DNA of 64,000 bases from the NCBI GenBank assembly GCA_963782915.1, contig CAWALK010000020.1, positions 96,001-160,000 on the forward strand, in the 5' to 3' direction. Under the pieces are notes generated by a model. The model searched no databases and was not told where the DNA came from. It was given only the letters and a program-made list of their open reading frames with translations. The translations under genes were made by a program, and so were the position numbers. Source of the stretch: an uncultured archaeon. Lineage in GTDB: Archaea > Thermoproteota > Bathyarchaeia > Bathyarchaeales > Bathycorpusculaceae. Shown in pieces: positions 41,708 to 51,764 of the stretch (positions are counted from its first letter, which is position 1; each line of letters begins with the position of its first letter).

Positions 41708-42355
41708 GTGCCAAACTACACCAAAAAACCCCTCCTGACAGAAAACGACGAAGAATACAAAATGCTACTCGAAGTCGCCGAAGAATTCGAACGACAAAAA
41801 ACCGACAAAACAGCCAGAGAAAAATACGGGTCCGCAACCGAAATAGTCCTACGCAACCACCTGCAGAAAAGAAACCTCAACCTTTCAACGGTTCCAGACG
41901 TCACCGTTCAAGGGTCAAAAATCAAAATTAACCTGCTTCTTCTAAAACCCGGCGTAGACCCAAACCAAAAAGCCTACCCATCCGACCAAGTGAAGATGGC
42001 TATAGAAGTTAAGAACAACGCTGTCGGCGGCAAAACACTGCCAAACGGAAAGCAGGAGGACCCTAACAAGGTACTGCGGTTTAAATTCAATGAGCTTGAA
42101 GCAATGGCTTATGTGAAGAATTTTGCTGTTATCGTTTTCTCTGAAATGCTGCTTCCGCCCAAACCTTACAAATGGCGGTTTAAGGAAGAAGTGATAAGAA
42201 AACAAAACTGTAAAGTCTTCACCTTTGTTGCTCGGCAACTGCACCCTTCAGGTGGGCTCTATGTCAAGTCTAACATAGTGGATATGCTTCAGAAGGGTCA
42301 ACTGAGGAAAACCGATGAATTTGAGAAAATGATTCATTACCTAAAATGCCTGTAG
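41708..42355 (+). CDS. Hypothetical protein, possible PD-(D/E)xK nuclease fold
   Basis: Basic 215-aa ORF with ATE helix and AIEVKNN strand. Confidence 0.55.
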   Translation: MPNYTKKPLLTENDEEYKMLLEVAEEFERQKTDKTAREKYGSATEIVLRNHLQKRNLNLSTVPDVTVQGSKIKINLLLLKPGVDPNQKAYPSDQVKMAIEVKNNAVGGKTLPNGKQEDPNKVLRFKFNELEAMAYVKNFAVIVFSEMLLPPKPYKWRFKEEVIRKQNCKVFTFVARQLHPSGGLYVKSNIVDMLQKGQLRKTDEFEKMIHYLKCL

Positions 42356-42389
42356 TACCCACTTTAGAAGCTAACCCTTTCAAATTGCC

Positions 42390-42605
42390 ACATCCCCGCT
42401 GAACTACATGCAGGCACTTAGCATTTTGCTGCAGGACAAGGTTCGCGGTATTTGACATATTCACCCTGAATATTGTTTTTGATGTTTATCATGTATATTA
42501 ACTACTTGCGTTCTTCTAGGTTATATTGCGCGGATAGCGTTCATTTTTCCTTGAATCGGATTTTACGATTTAGTGACTACTTTCTGGGCAATTAATGGAG
42601 TAAAA
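42390..42605 (+). promoter_or_regulatory. Conserved upstream/leader region of tfb copy 1
   Basis: Colinear blocks shared with 47280-47505 (CTGAAC..CATGC, GTATA.TAACTAC, ATTGCGCGGAT, AATCGG..TTT.ACGATTTAGTG, TTCTGGGCAA, GGAGTAAAAA). Confidence 0.7.
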
Positions 42606-43595
42606 ATGAGCAACCAAATTATTATAACCAAAGAAATTCCCAAAACGTCTAAGCGTTTAGTTGAAAATTGCCCTGAATGTTCAAGTAAAAATCTTGTTCA
42701 CGACTACGACACAGGCGAAACCATTTGTGGCGACTGTGGTCTTGTTGTGTACGAGCAAATGATGGATAAAGGACCCGAATGGCGAGCTTTCACTTCAGAA
42801 GAGAAAGCCTCACGAAGCCGAGTCGGTATGCCGACATCCTATTCCATTCATGATAAGGGATTATCCACAACCATCAGTCAAGTCGACCGAGATGCATTCG
42901 GAAGAAAACTTCCAGCATCTACAAGACTTCAAATGTGGCGTCTTAGGAAGTGGCAAATACGCAGTCGAGTGCACTCCTCCGTCGACCGAAACCTTTCTCA
43001 AGCCATGAGTGAACTTGACCGTTTATCCGGAAGAATTACGATTTCACCAGCAATAAAAGAAAGAGCCGCCCTTGTTTACCGCAAAGCACTGGACAAAGGC
43101 TTGGTTCGCGGAAGATCAATATCTGCCATTGCAGCTGCCTCGTTGTACGCTGCTTGCCGCAAAAGCGGATTACCTAAAACTCTTCGCGAAATCGCTGAAG
43201 CAAGCCTTGTTAATAAAAAAGATGTTTCACGATGCTATAGACTACTGCTTCAGGAACTCGATTTCCATATGCCAATCTCTAACCCGTTGACCTACGTTTC
43301 GAAAATTGCATTAAAAACAGGAATCACCGGCAGAACGCAGGGCGCAGCGATAACAATACTCGCTGAAGCTAAACGGAAAAGATTCTCATCAGGAAAAGAT
43401 CCGATGGGCATGGCTGCAGCCGCACTCTACATAGCTTGTCTACAGAATGGCGAGAAAATAACACAAAGCGACATCGCGGAAGCGTCCGGAGTCACCGAGG
43501 TTACTGTTAGAAACAGGTACAAGGCACTAAAGAACCAGTTAAAGCTAGAAATACCAGACAAAAAAACCGTCGCTCAGCTTATTTGCTCTCCTTAA
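42606..43595 (+). CDS. tfb: Transcription initiation factor IIB, copy 1
   Basis: CPEC...CGDCG zinc ribbon, GPEWRAF, HDKGLST and VTEVTVRNRYK motifs. Confidence 0.97.
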   Translation: MSNQIIITKEIPKTSKRLVENCPECSSKNLVHDYDTGETICGDCGLVVYEQMMDKGPEWRAFTSEEKASRSRVGMPTSYSIHDKGLSTTISQVDRDAFGRKLPASTRLQMWRLRKWQIRSRVHSSVDRNLSQAMSELDRLSGRITISPAIKERAALVYRKALDKGLVRGRSISAIAAASLYAACRKSGLPKTLREIAEASLVNKKDVSRCYRLLLQELDFHMPISNPLTYVSKIALKTGITGRTQGAAITILAEAKRKRFSSGKDPMGMAAAALYIACLQNGEKITQSDIAEASGVTEVTVRNRYKALKNQLKLEIPDKKTVAQLICSP

Positions 43596-43734
43596 TTTTT
43601 CCAGTCAGTTGCCAGTCACAGGGAACATTCTTTAAATCCCTTTAAACACCGCTCAGCAACAACATAGTTAGCTTCTTGTGCAAAAAACACAGGGCTTTTA
43701 TTAACCATTGAAGGGATTGTAGATTGACCCTAAA

Positions 43735-44973
43735 TTGCCAATAACCTACCTGTGCAGAAAATGCGCTAAAAACTACTCTAAAGAAGAGTATGCACAGAGC
43801 AAATTCTGCCAGTCATGCGGTTCTTTTCTGTTGCCGAATTTCAGTGTGCAAAAACAGGACCTACAATCGCAGTCAGAAGCCGCTAAATCTTTTCCGGAAA
43901 GGTCTGCTCTAAGTCGGGCAGCGGAGAGCCTTAGGCAAAGGGTCGGCGAATCAAAAGAGTACACGGTCGTTCCCGAAACCGCCAAAGAGGAACCAAAGAA
44001 ACCAGCGTTTGAGAGCTGGATGTGGAGCTCCGAATACGATGAAGCCCTAAAATTTGAAAAGAAACTCCTCGAACAATACAAGGGCAAAAGCCTCGAGGAA
44101 GCTATTCCCGGAAAAACGGTTTCAAACCAACAAGGCGAATGCTACACCATCTCAGCCTCTTGCGCATCAACTTTTAAATTGGCATCTTACGAAGAGAGCA
44201 GAGAACACCTCATCTCTGACCTAAAAGTCCTATCAGGAATCGGACCCGTCGGTGAACATGCACTAAAACGGCAAGGTTACGCCACAGTGCAGGATTTGGT
44301 GAGTCATCCCCGTTGGAATAAGCAAGCCAGCGACTTCATGAAAATGATAGATAAAAAAGAAGTTGATTCAACCCAGAAATGGCTTTGGCAACGCCTCCCA
44401 AAATCTCATCCGCTGCTTGCATTATTTAGCGGGGTTCTGCCCAGATGACAACTTCGCCATTGTGGACATTGAAACCTTGGGGCTCTCGGAAAGACCAATA
44501 ATCCTATTGGGCTATAGCAAAACCTTGCAAAGGTCAAGTTTGCACAAGCCAGTTCCTGTTACGGGACATTCAGGATGAACCCAGCGCAATTTGGGAAGTT
44601 AGTTTCGCAGTTGGAGCCTAACTTGTCGCTGATTACTTTTAACGGAAGAAGCTTCGACATTCCCTATATCAGGCAAAGGTTAGCTTACTACGGATTAGAC
44701 GCCAACTTGGACAACCCCCATTTCGACGTTCTCCACTTCACCAGAAGGGCACTGCGCAGCAAGCTGTCTGATTGCAAATTGGAAACCGTTGAAAAATACC
44801 TCGGCGTCAAACGAGACATCAACATCCCTGGCGCCTTAGTGCCTCATTTCTATGATACTTATCTAAGAACTAAAAATCCTGGACCACTTGTCCCCATAGT
44901 TGAGCACAACCGACAAGACCTATTAACACTTGGAACACTGTTCTCCAAACTCTATGAGGAATGGAACCTTTGA
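43735..44973 (+). CDS. YprB/MrfB-like RNase H-fold (DEDD) exonuclease with N-terminal zinc ribbon and HhH (frameshifts)
   Basis: CRKC..CQSC; LSGIGPVG; [17 protein letters not shown] and HNRQDL motifs. Confidence 0.85.
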
Positions 44974-47256
44974 TAGACGACTTTGTCCAAAGCATCAAAC
45001 GCTCTCGTTCTTACAAGAAACAAATCGTGCACATCGAGGAGGTTCCATCGCAAGAAGCCTGCTTTGGCGAATTGGAAAAGCACCTTCCAAAAAACATTGA
45101 ATCTTACTTGCTTAATCAAAAAATCAAGTTGTATTCCCACCAAGCCGAAGCCATAAACAAAGTCAGAGCAGGCAAAAACGTGGTAATTGTTACTCCGACT
45201 GCTTCAGGAAAAACCTTAGCGTTCAACATTCCAGTGATTGAAGCCCTCACAGTCGACAAGAAAGCAACGGCACTCTACCTTTATCCAACTAAAGCTCTAA
45301 CAAACGACCAACTAAAAGTCCTCAGGGAGCTTGAAGAGGAAACAGGCATTAACGCTTACTCTAACATCTACGACGGAGATACCCCTCAGCATCAAAGGGC
45401 AAGCATCCGTGAAAATTCCAAAATCATCTTAACCAACCCGTATGGGTTGCATCAGTATCTTCCATGGCACTACAAATGGCGAAGCTTTCTCCAGAACCTC
45501 AAATTCGTCGTAATCGATGAAGCCCACGTTTACCGTGGCGTCTTCGGCTCCAACGTAGCCATGCTGCTGAGGCGACTGATGAGAATATGCAATTACTACC
45601 ATGCAACCCCCCAAATCATACTTTCCTCGGCAACAATCGCTAATCCCGAAGAACATGCCACAGAGGTTAACGGGGAAAGACTTCGAAATATCTCAAACGA
45701 CGGTGCGCCAAGAGGAAAAAAATCCTTCCTCTTCTGGAACCCACCCTTCATAGACGCAACCAACACCATCCGCCGCTCCACCCATCAAGAAACCAAAGAC
45801 CTCCTAACACTCAGCATCACAAAAAACCTGCAAACCCTCTGTTTCACCACTTCCAGACAGATGGCTGAACTCATCACCAGATGGACCAAAGAAGAACTCA
45901 GAGCAAAATCGCCCAAACTACCCAACGCAGTTACAGCGTATAGGGCAGGTTATCTTCCGCAGGAACGGCGTGAAATAGAGAATCGCCTGAAAAACAAAGA
46001 CTTGATTGGTGTTGTTTCAACCAACGCTTTGGAATTGGGCATCGATATTGGCTCTTTGGATTCAGTGATAATTTCAGGTTACCCTGGAACCGTCATTTCC
46101 ACTTGGCAGCAAGCGGGGCGCGCAGGCAGAACCAACGCCGACTCACTCGTAACCTTGGTTGCTTTCCAAAACCCACTTGACCAATACTTCATGAAGCATC
46201 CAGACGACTTCTTCGGGCAGACCCCATGAGCAAGCCATAATTGATTTGCATAACCGCTACATTTCACTGGGGCACATCATGTGTGCAGCAAGCGAATTGC
46301 CCCTAATGGAGGATGACAAACAGTTTTTCCCCGAACTATTCACTGAAAGTATCCAAGCCCTCGAAGAACAACAATTAGTCCGCAAAACACCCCGAGGATA
46401 CGTCTATTCAGGCACGGCAAGACCCACCGAAGTGGTGAACCTCGAAAGCATCTCCCACCAAACCGTCACCGTCACTTGTAACGGCAACCTACTCGAAACC
46501 CTCACCTTAAACAAAGCCTATGAAGAAGCCCATGAAGGCGCTGTTCTGCTGCATCAAGGCGAAACCTACATCTCCGAAGAACTAAACCTCGACGACTTTA
46601 CCGTTAAAGTACGGCAAGAAAACGTCAACTACTACACAGAAGCACTAAAAACCGTTGACGTCGCCATAAAGAAAACCCTTGAAGAAAAACAGATCGGCGT
46701 CAAAATTGGATTGGGCGAGTTGCTCACCACAGAAACCTACCATACCTACGTAACCAAATCTTATGATGAAGTCATAAAACGGCAACCACTCAATCTGCCA
46801 TCATTGTCCTTCTCAACTGTGGGCTTATGGTTCATAGTTCCCGATAAACTCAGAGTGGAAATTGAAGCGCAAGGGCTCGATTTCGATGGCGGATTGCATG
46901 CGGTTGAGCATGCGATGATTGGGATGTCGCCTATTTTTGCGATGTGTGACCGATGGGACATTGGCGGCATGTCGACGCCTCTGCATCCAGACACGGGTGA
47001 AGCAACAATTTTCATCTACGATGGCTTCGAAGGCGGCATCGGAATCTCAGAAACCCTCTACGCAAACATAAAAGCGCTCTGGGAAAAAACATTGCAGTTA
47101 ATTGAGAACTGCGAATGCAGTGACGGCTGCCCCTCATGTATTTACTCGCCAAAATGTGGAAACGAAAACGAACCTTTAGATAAGAAAGCTGCAAGTATTA
47201 TCTTAAAGCATCTTTTGGGATTATGTGCAAACAATAAAAAACCAGTTAACCGCTAA
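44961..47256 (+). CDS. Hrq1/YprA(MrfA)-like DEAH-box helicase with DUF1998 (frameshifts)
   Basis: [32 protein letters not shown] and C-terminal [16 protein letters not shown] motifs. Confidence 0.93.
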
Positions 47257-47279
47257 TCCCCTAATGATTTAGCAATATA

Positions 47280-47505
47280 CCCACTGAACCGCATGCCTAG
47301 AAACACTAGGTGCATTATCGCCCGGTAAAGTCCACATAATAAGGATATCGCACCCGAAAATTACCACAAAAACATATCAAGTATAATAACTACCCCCGTT
47401 CATCTTAATATTAATTGCGCGGATCACATTAGTTTTCTTACCTTAAATCGGGGATTTCACGATTTAGTGTCGTTCTGGGCAAGTAAAAAGGAGTAAAAAA
47501 AGAAA
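47280..47505 (+). promoter_or_regulatory. Conserved upstream/leader region of tfb copy 2
   Basis: Colinear with 42390-42605; hairpin AAATCG-GGATTTCA-CGATTT. Confidence 0.7.
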
Positions 47506-48474
47506 ATGACAATAACCCAACCCAGCACAACTAAAGATGTCCCAAAAGCACCTCAGCGCTTAACAGAAAATTGCCCTGAATGTCAAAGCAAAAACCTTGT
47601 TCATGACTATGACAGCGGCGAAACTATCTGCGGCGACTGTGGTCTAGTTCTTTATGAGACAATGCTGGATAAAGGACCTGAATGGCGAGCTTTCACGCAA
47701 CAAGAGAAAACCTCAAGAAGCCGCGTGGGCATGCCAACATCATACTCAATCCATGATAAAGGATTATCCACAACCATCAGTCAAGTTGACAGAGATGCTT
47801 TCGGAAGAAAACTGCCTCTATCCACAAGACTGCAAATGTGGCGTCTAAGAAAATGGCAAATACGCAGCAGAGTACACTCATCCATCGACCGAAACCTCTC
47901 CCAAGCCATGAGCGAACTTGAACGCCTCTCAAGCCACGTATCCATTACACCATCAATCAAAGAAAAAGCAGCGCTTATCTACCGCAAAGCACTCGACAAA
48001 GGCTTAGTCCGAGGAAGATCAATAAACGCCATTACCGCAGCTTCACTTTACGCTGCTTGCCGCGAAAGCGGAACACCAAGAACACTCCGAGAAATCTCGG
48101 AAGCAAGCTTAGTCGACAAAAAAGACGTTGCACGATGCTACAGGCTACTCATACAAGAAATCCGCTTTACCATGCCAGTCGCCGACTCATTAACATACGT
48201 TTCAAAGATTGCACAGAAAAACGGAATATCAGGCAGAACACAAGGCGCAGCCATAACAATCCTCGCCGAAGCTAAACGGAAACGGTTTGCAGCAGGAAAA
48301 GACCCCATGGGCTTAGCTGCAGCAGCACTCTACATCGCTTGTCTACAGCAAAACGAAAAGATCACACAAAAAGACATCGCTGAAGCCGCAGGAGTCACCG
48401 AAGTTACAGTTAGAAACCGATACAAATCGCTAAAGAAGCAGCTGCACCTCGAAGTGCCAGACAAAAAAGCCTAA
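47506..48474 (+). CDS. tfb: Transcription initiation factor IIB, copy 2
   Basis: Same motifs as copy 1; close paralog. Confidence 0.97.
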   Translation: MTITQPSTTKDVPKAPQRLTENCPECQSKNLVHDYDSGETICGDCGLVLYETMLDKGPEWRAFTQQEKTSRSRVGMPTSYSIHDKGLSTTISQVDRDAFGRKLPLSTRLQMWRLRKWQIRSRVHSSIDRNLSQAMSELERLSSHVSITPSIKEKAALIYRKALDKGLVRGRSINAITAASLYAACRESGTPRTLREISEASLVDKKDVARCYRLLIQEIRFTMPVADSLTYVSKIAQKNGISGRTQGAAITILAEAKRKRFAAGKDPMGLAAAALYIACLQQNEKITQKDIAEAAGVTEVTVRNRYKSLKKQLHLEVPDKKA

Positions 48475-48632
48475 CCTCTCTTCTCCCAATATTTTCCAAA
48501 CAAACAATATCATAATTTTGTTTTTTAAAGCGCACACAATAGGCAAAGCAATATCTAAAAAGCATCACAATACTCTAAACACTAAAGACGGCTGACTCAA
48601 AATTGGCGCTTGACTGTTATCTCCAAGGCAAC

Positions 48633-49158
48633 ATGATCCTAATAGACGCTTCAGGCTGGAGCGACCTCCTACTAGGCGTAGTCATCTGCGCAATAAAACC
48701 ACCCCACCAAATGGTCCTCGAACGCAAAATACCCGTCACATCCTTTCAGCCCCCGAACTTTTCAAACAAAAAATACCTCGCCGACGCCATAAAAATCGCC
48801 GACGAAATCGTCGCAGTCATGCAAGCCGACAGCGAAACCTGCTTCAAAGTCTGCACAGAATACGTACTCTCAGGAATAATCCCGCATTTACAGAAAAAAG
48901 GCTTCAGCGTCGAAAAAGTCGAATCAACAGGCACACTCAAAAAGCAAGTGGAAGACGCCTACATCCGCTGGTGCGTCGAGAAAGGGGTGCCTAAAGAAAT
49001 GCTTAAAGACGAAAACCGTTTTTGGGCTTTTCTGGAGTGGATAGCGCAGAATCCTCATCTGCGTGAGGGTCTTGGTGAAGACGGGTTGGGCAAGCTGGGA
49101 TGGGAAATGGCGCCAAGAAATCTATGAGAAACCTGAATCTTTCATTCGCAAGCGTTAG
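48633..49158 (+). CDS. Conserved hypothetical protein, possible RNase H-like fold (frameshift ~49070)
   Basis: MILIDASGWSDLLLGVVI beta-start; alternative frame continues VKTGWASW. Confidence 0.6.
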
Positions 49159-49216
49159 TCTGGGTACAATAAATTGTTAAGGTAAAAAAAGAAAATGTTT
49201 TGGATTGCGTTTGCGT

Positions 49217-49306
49217 TTATTCTTCGTCTTCGCAGTCGTCGCAGTCGCAGTCTTCTTCAGTGCAGTCTTCTTCTTCCTCTTCGAAACCAAAAATGTTTTC
49301 TATCAT
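49217..49306 (-). CDS. 29-aa acidic, Cys-rich micropeptide, not in ORF track
   Basis: MIENIFGFEEEEEDCTEEDCDCDDCEDEE-TAA; TTTTATAT box ~20-30 nt upstream (leaderless-type spacing). Confidence 0.65.
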   Translation of the reverse strand: MIENIFGFEEEEEDCTEEDCDCDDCEDEE

Positions 49307-49429
49307 TTTCTAAAACCTAACGAAGGCATATAAAATAGAGTAAATAAACCCTCTTGTCATAGTCTAGTATTCTGCCCCGAAAAGTTCATAGAGCAAACAC
49401 ATAAAGACAGAGAAAAGGTGGCTGCCCAG

Positions 49430-51271
49430 CTATTTTTGGGAGCCCGATGATGGCAAATTTGAAGCTAAAACCTCTGCGCCCACCGCAACAAAGAGCCTAA
49501 AAGTATTCCACAACTTTTTAACAGTCAAATTATTCTTAAACAAGTACGCGGGAGTCTTGGCTAAGTTGGAAACTGAGGGTTTAGCCAGCCAATTCAAATC
49601 CACATCTAAATTCACAGTGGAATCGTCTACTCTTCCATAGCTTATCCGTACGTACTCAACGCTTTTGCTGGTTGTCTCAAAAACGAAACTCACGGTTGTA
49701 TCATCGAGGTTTAAGGTGCACTGTATCTTTTGGGCGCCGAGAATACGCAGGAACTTGGATATTTCTAGTGCTTCATGAATACCCACAGATCGAGTATAGG
49801 TTTCTACTCTGGGATCCACGTAGGCTTCAAGGAACGTTTTTATGTGCTGATCAAAATTGCCCTTCTGCAATTCATTCCCATTATTTGCCATGAATCCCAA
49901 GTTTAGGGTTCGCTCTTGAACGAAATCAACAACCGGCTTCTTTTTGAGAGTTCTCTTCTGAACCACCATCTCATGATCAATGAAGGTGTCTATGTTCCAG
50001 AACTTCGCCATGCAATACGTCGCTAATTCTTCAATCCGGCTTTTCGTTAGGTGATTTGTTTTGAAGACGGAGTGCATCTCGTCAAAGCTATCCCAGTTGG
50101 ATTCAAAAATTAGGCCTTGCTTGTCGAGTTCTGTGTAAAATTCTGTTCCCGGAAACGGCGTAGCTATACCAAACGCGGCAGCTGTTAAACCAATCTCTTT
50201 AGCATAGACGGGGAAAGTTTTGATTTCCTCTTCGGTTTGGTCGGGAAGACCGATGACAAAGGTGCCTCCGGCTCTGCCGCCGTTTTCACGGATATTTTTA
50301 ACGGCTTCCTTATGGTATTTTGTTGCGACTCCTTTCTTGGTTGACGCCAAATCTTTCGCGTTGGGGCTTTCAATGCCCATTTCGAATTTTGCGATGCCCA
50401 CTTGGCACATTTTCTTGACTATGCGTGGGTTATTAGCCATCATGTCTGCTCTGACTAAGGCGCCGAATTCTATGTTTAAATCGTGTTCCATTAGCAAGTC
50501 GCATAGGCGCTCAACCTGTCTTGCGTTGCCGATGAAGTTGGGGTCAGCAAACATTACACTTACTGGTTTGTTGTTGTGGAATTTGGCCATTTCAAGGATT
50601 TCTTGGATTACGTTTTCCGGTGATCGGCATCTTGAGCAGCCATCGCTCATGCTGGGTTCGCAGCAGAAACTGCATAATCCATGGCAGCCTCTGGACATCA
50701 TGAGTACGTCGCAGTCTGTGCTGCGGTCCGCGCTCTTGTAGGGGTACTGCCTTAGATGTCTGGCTGGGAAGGGGATGCTGTCTAAATCGGTGATTCGTGG
50801 GCGATTTTCGTTATGTATTATTTTTTCGTTTTTTCGGTATGAGCAGCCTAACACGTTTTCTGGAGTTCCAAGCTCTATTAATTCGCGGAAGGTTTGTTCG
50901 CCTTCGCCGCGAACAACCATATCAATCTGCGAGTGAGAAAGCATCAAATCGGGGACACTCGTGGGGTGATAGCCGCCTACAACTGTGGCTGCGCCGTTTT
51001 GTTTGGCAAGCTTAGCTAACTTCAGTGTTTGGTTATGTTCGGTAGCTGATAATGAGATGCCCACTAAATCGGGCTGGTAAAAATCGAGGCACTCCTTGAA
51101 AGTCCTGCGGTCAAGTTCCATGTCTACAATGTGGACTTCGTCAACAGCATCTTGGATGTATGATGCAATGTATTCTAAACCGAGGGGTATCAAATCGAAA
51201 GCAAAGCTCAATCCTTTCCGGCCAGCGGGTTTCACAAGCAAGATTTTCTTGTAGGGCACTCGAGACACCAA
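49430..51271 (-). CDS. Cobalamin-binding radical SAM protein with C-terminal extra domain
   Basis: PLGLEYIA, GGYHPT and RGEGE (B12 domain); SRGCHGLCSFC; GIES and TPFPGT; likely start ~51271, not 51592. Confidence 0.92.
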   Translation of the reverse strand: MVSRVPYKKILLVKPAGRKGLSFAFDLIPLGLEYIASYIQDAVDEVHIVDMELDRRTFKECLDFYQPDLVGISLSATEHNQTLKLAKLAKQNGAATVVGGYHPTSVPDLMLSHSQIDMVVRGEGEQTFRELIELGTPENVLGCSYRKNEKIIHNENRPRITDLDSIPFPARHLRQYPYKSADRSTDCDVLMMSRGCHGLCSFCCEPSMSDGCSRCRSPENVIQEILEMAKFHNNKPVSVMFADPNFIGNARQVERLCDLLMEHDLNIEFGALVRADMMANNPRIVKKMCQVGIAKFEMGIESPNAKDLASTKKGVATKYHKEAVKNIRENGGRAGGTFVIGLPDQTEEEIKTFPVYAKEIGLTAAAFGIATPFPGTEFYTELDKQGLIFESNWDSFDEMHSVFKTNHLTKSRIEELATYCMAKFWNIDTFIDHEMVVQKRTLKKKPVVDFVQERTLNLGFMANNGNELQKGNFDQHIKTFLEAYVDPRVETYTRSVGIHEALEISKFLRILGAQKIQCTLNLDDTTVSFVFETTSKSVEYVRISYGRVDDSTVNLDVDLNWLAKPSVSNLAKTPAYLFKNNLTVKKLWNTFRLFVAVGAEVLASNLPSSGSQK

Positions 51272-51502
51272 GTTAACCTTTTGGCTTAAGTGGTATCCGA
51301 TAAAAACCAATCGTTTGTCATTCGTATTTATCCATGGAGCAGTGTGGCTAGTGTATTGTGTTATAGTTGATGTTGTGGGTTTGGTTGGCTTTGACGTAAT
51401 TGCTTTTTTAAGGGTTAGATGAAGATTGGGTGTGCCTTGTTTTTCTAGTAGTAGATAATGGCAGGGAGCTCCCTTACTCTTCTTCTTCCCGCGGGCTTGG
51501 CT

Positions 51503-51567
51503 TGGCGTCTGTTTTGGTGTTGGGTTGCGGGGTGGGTTGCTGGCTGGTTGAGGAACAAACCACAAGC
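51503..51567 (+). repeat. Dispersed repeat family A, partial copy (3' part)
   Basis: gcgtctgtt...gggttgctggctggttgaggaacaaaccacaagc resembles the 3' end of the 14238 and 40691 copies. Confidence 0.55.
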
Positions 51568-51764
51568 TCCCACCCAAGAACATTTTTGCCAATATCCACC
51601 ATGTAAAATCCTGCCTTCAACTATATACACAGTAAAAGTCTTGAGAAGAGCAAAGGATATAGATGGCAATAAACGATTATCAAAGATAATAAATCGGGTG
51701 TGCAGGCAACTGCATCCATAAGCAATCGCTGATAAGGCTTCGTTCAGCGCAAAAGGCTTAAAAC

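Noticed and set aside
51272-51592. 107-aa N-terminal extension of the radical SAM ORF
   Set aside because: Runs through a family A repeat copy and promoter-like DNA; homology begins at KKILLVKP
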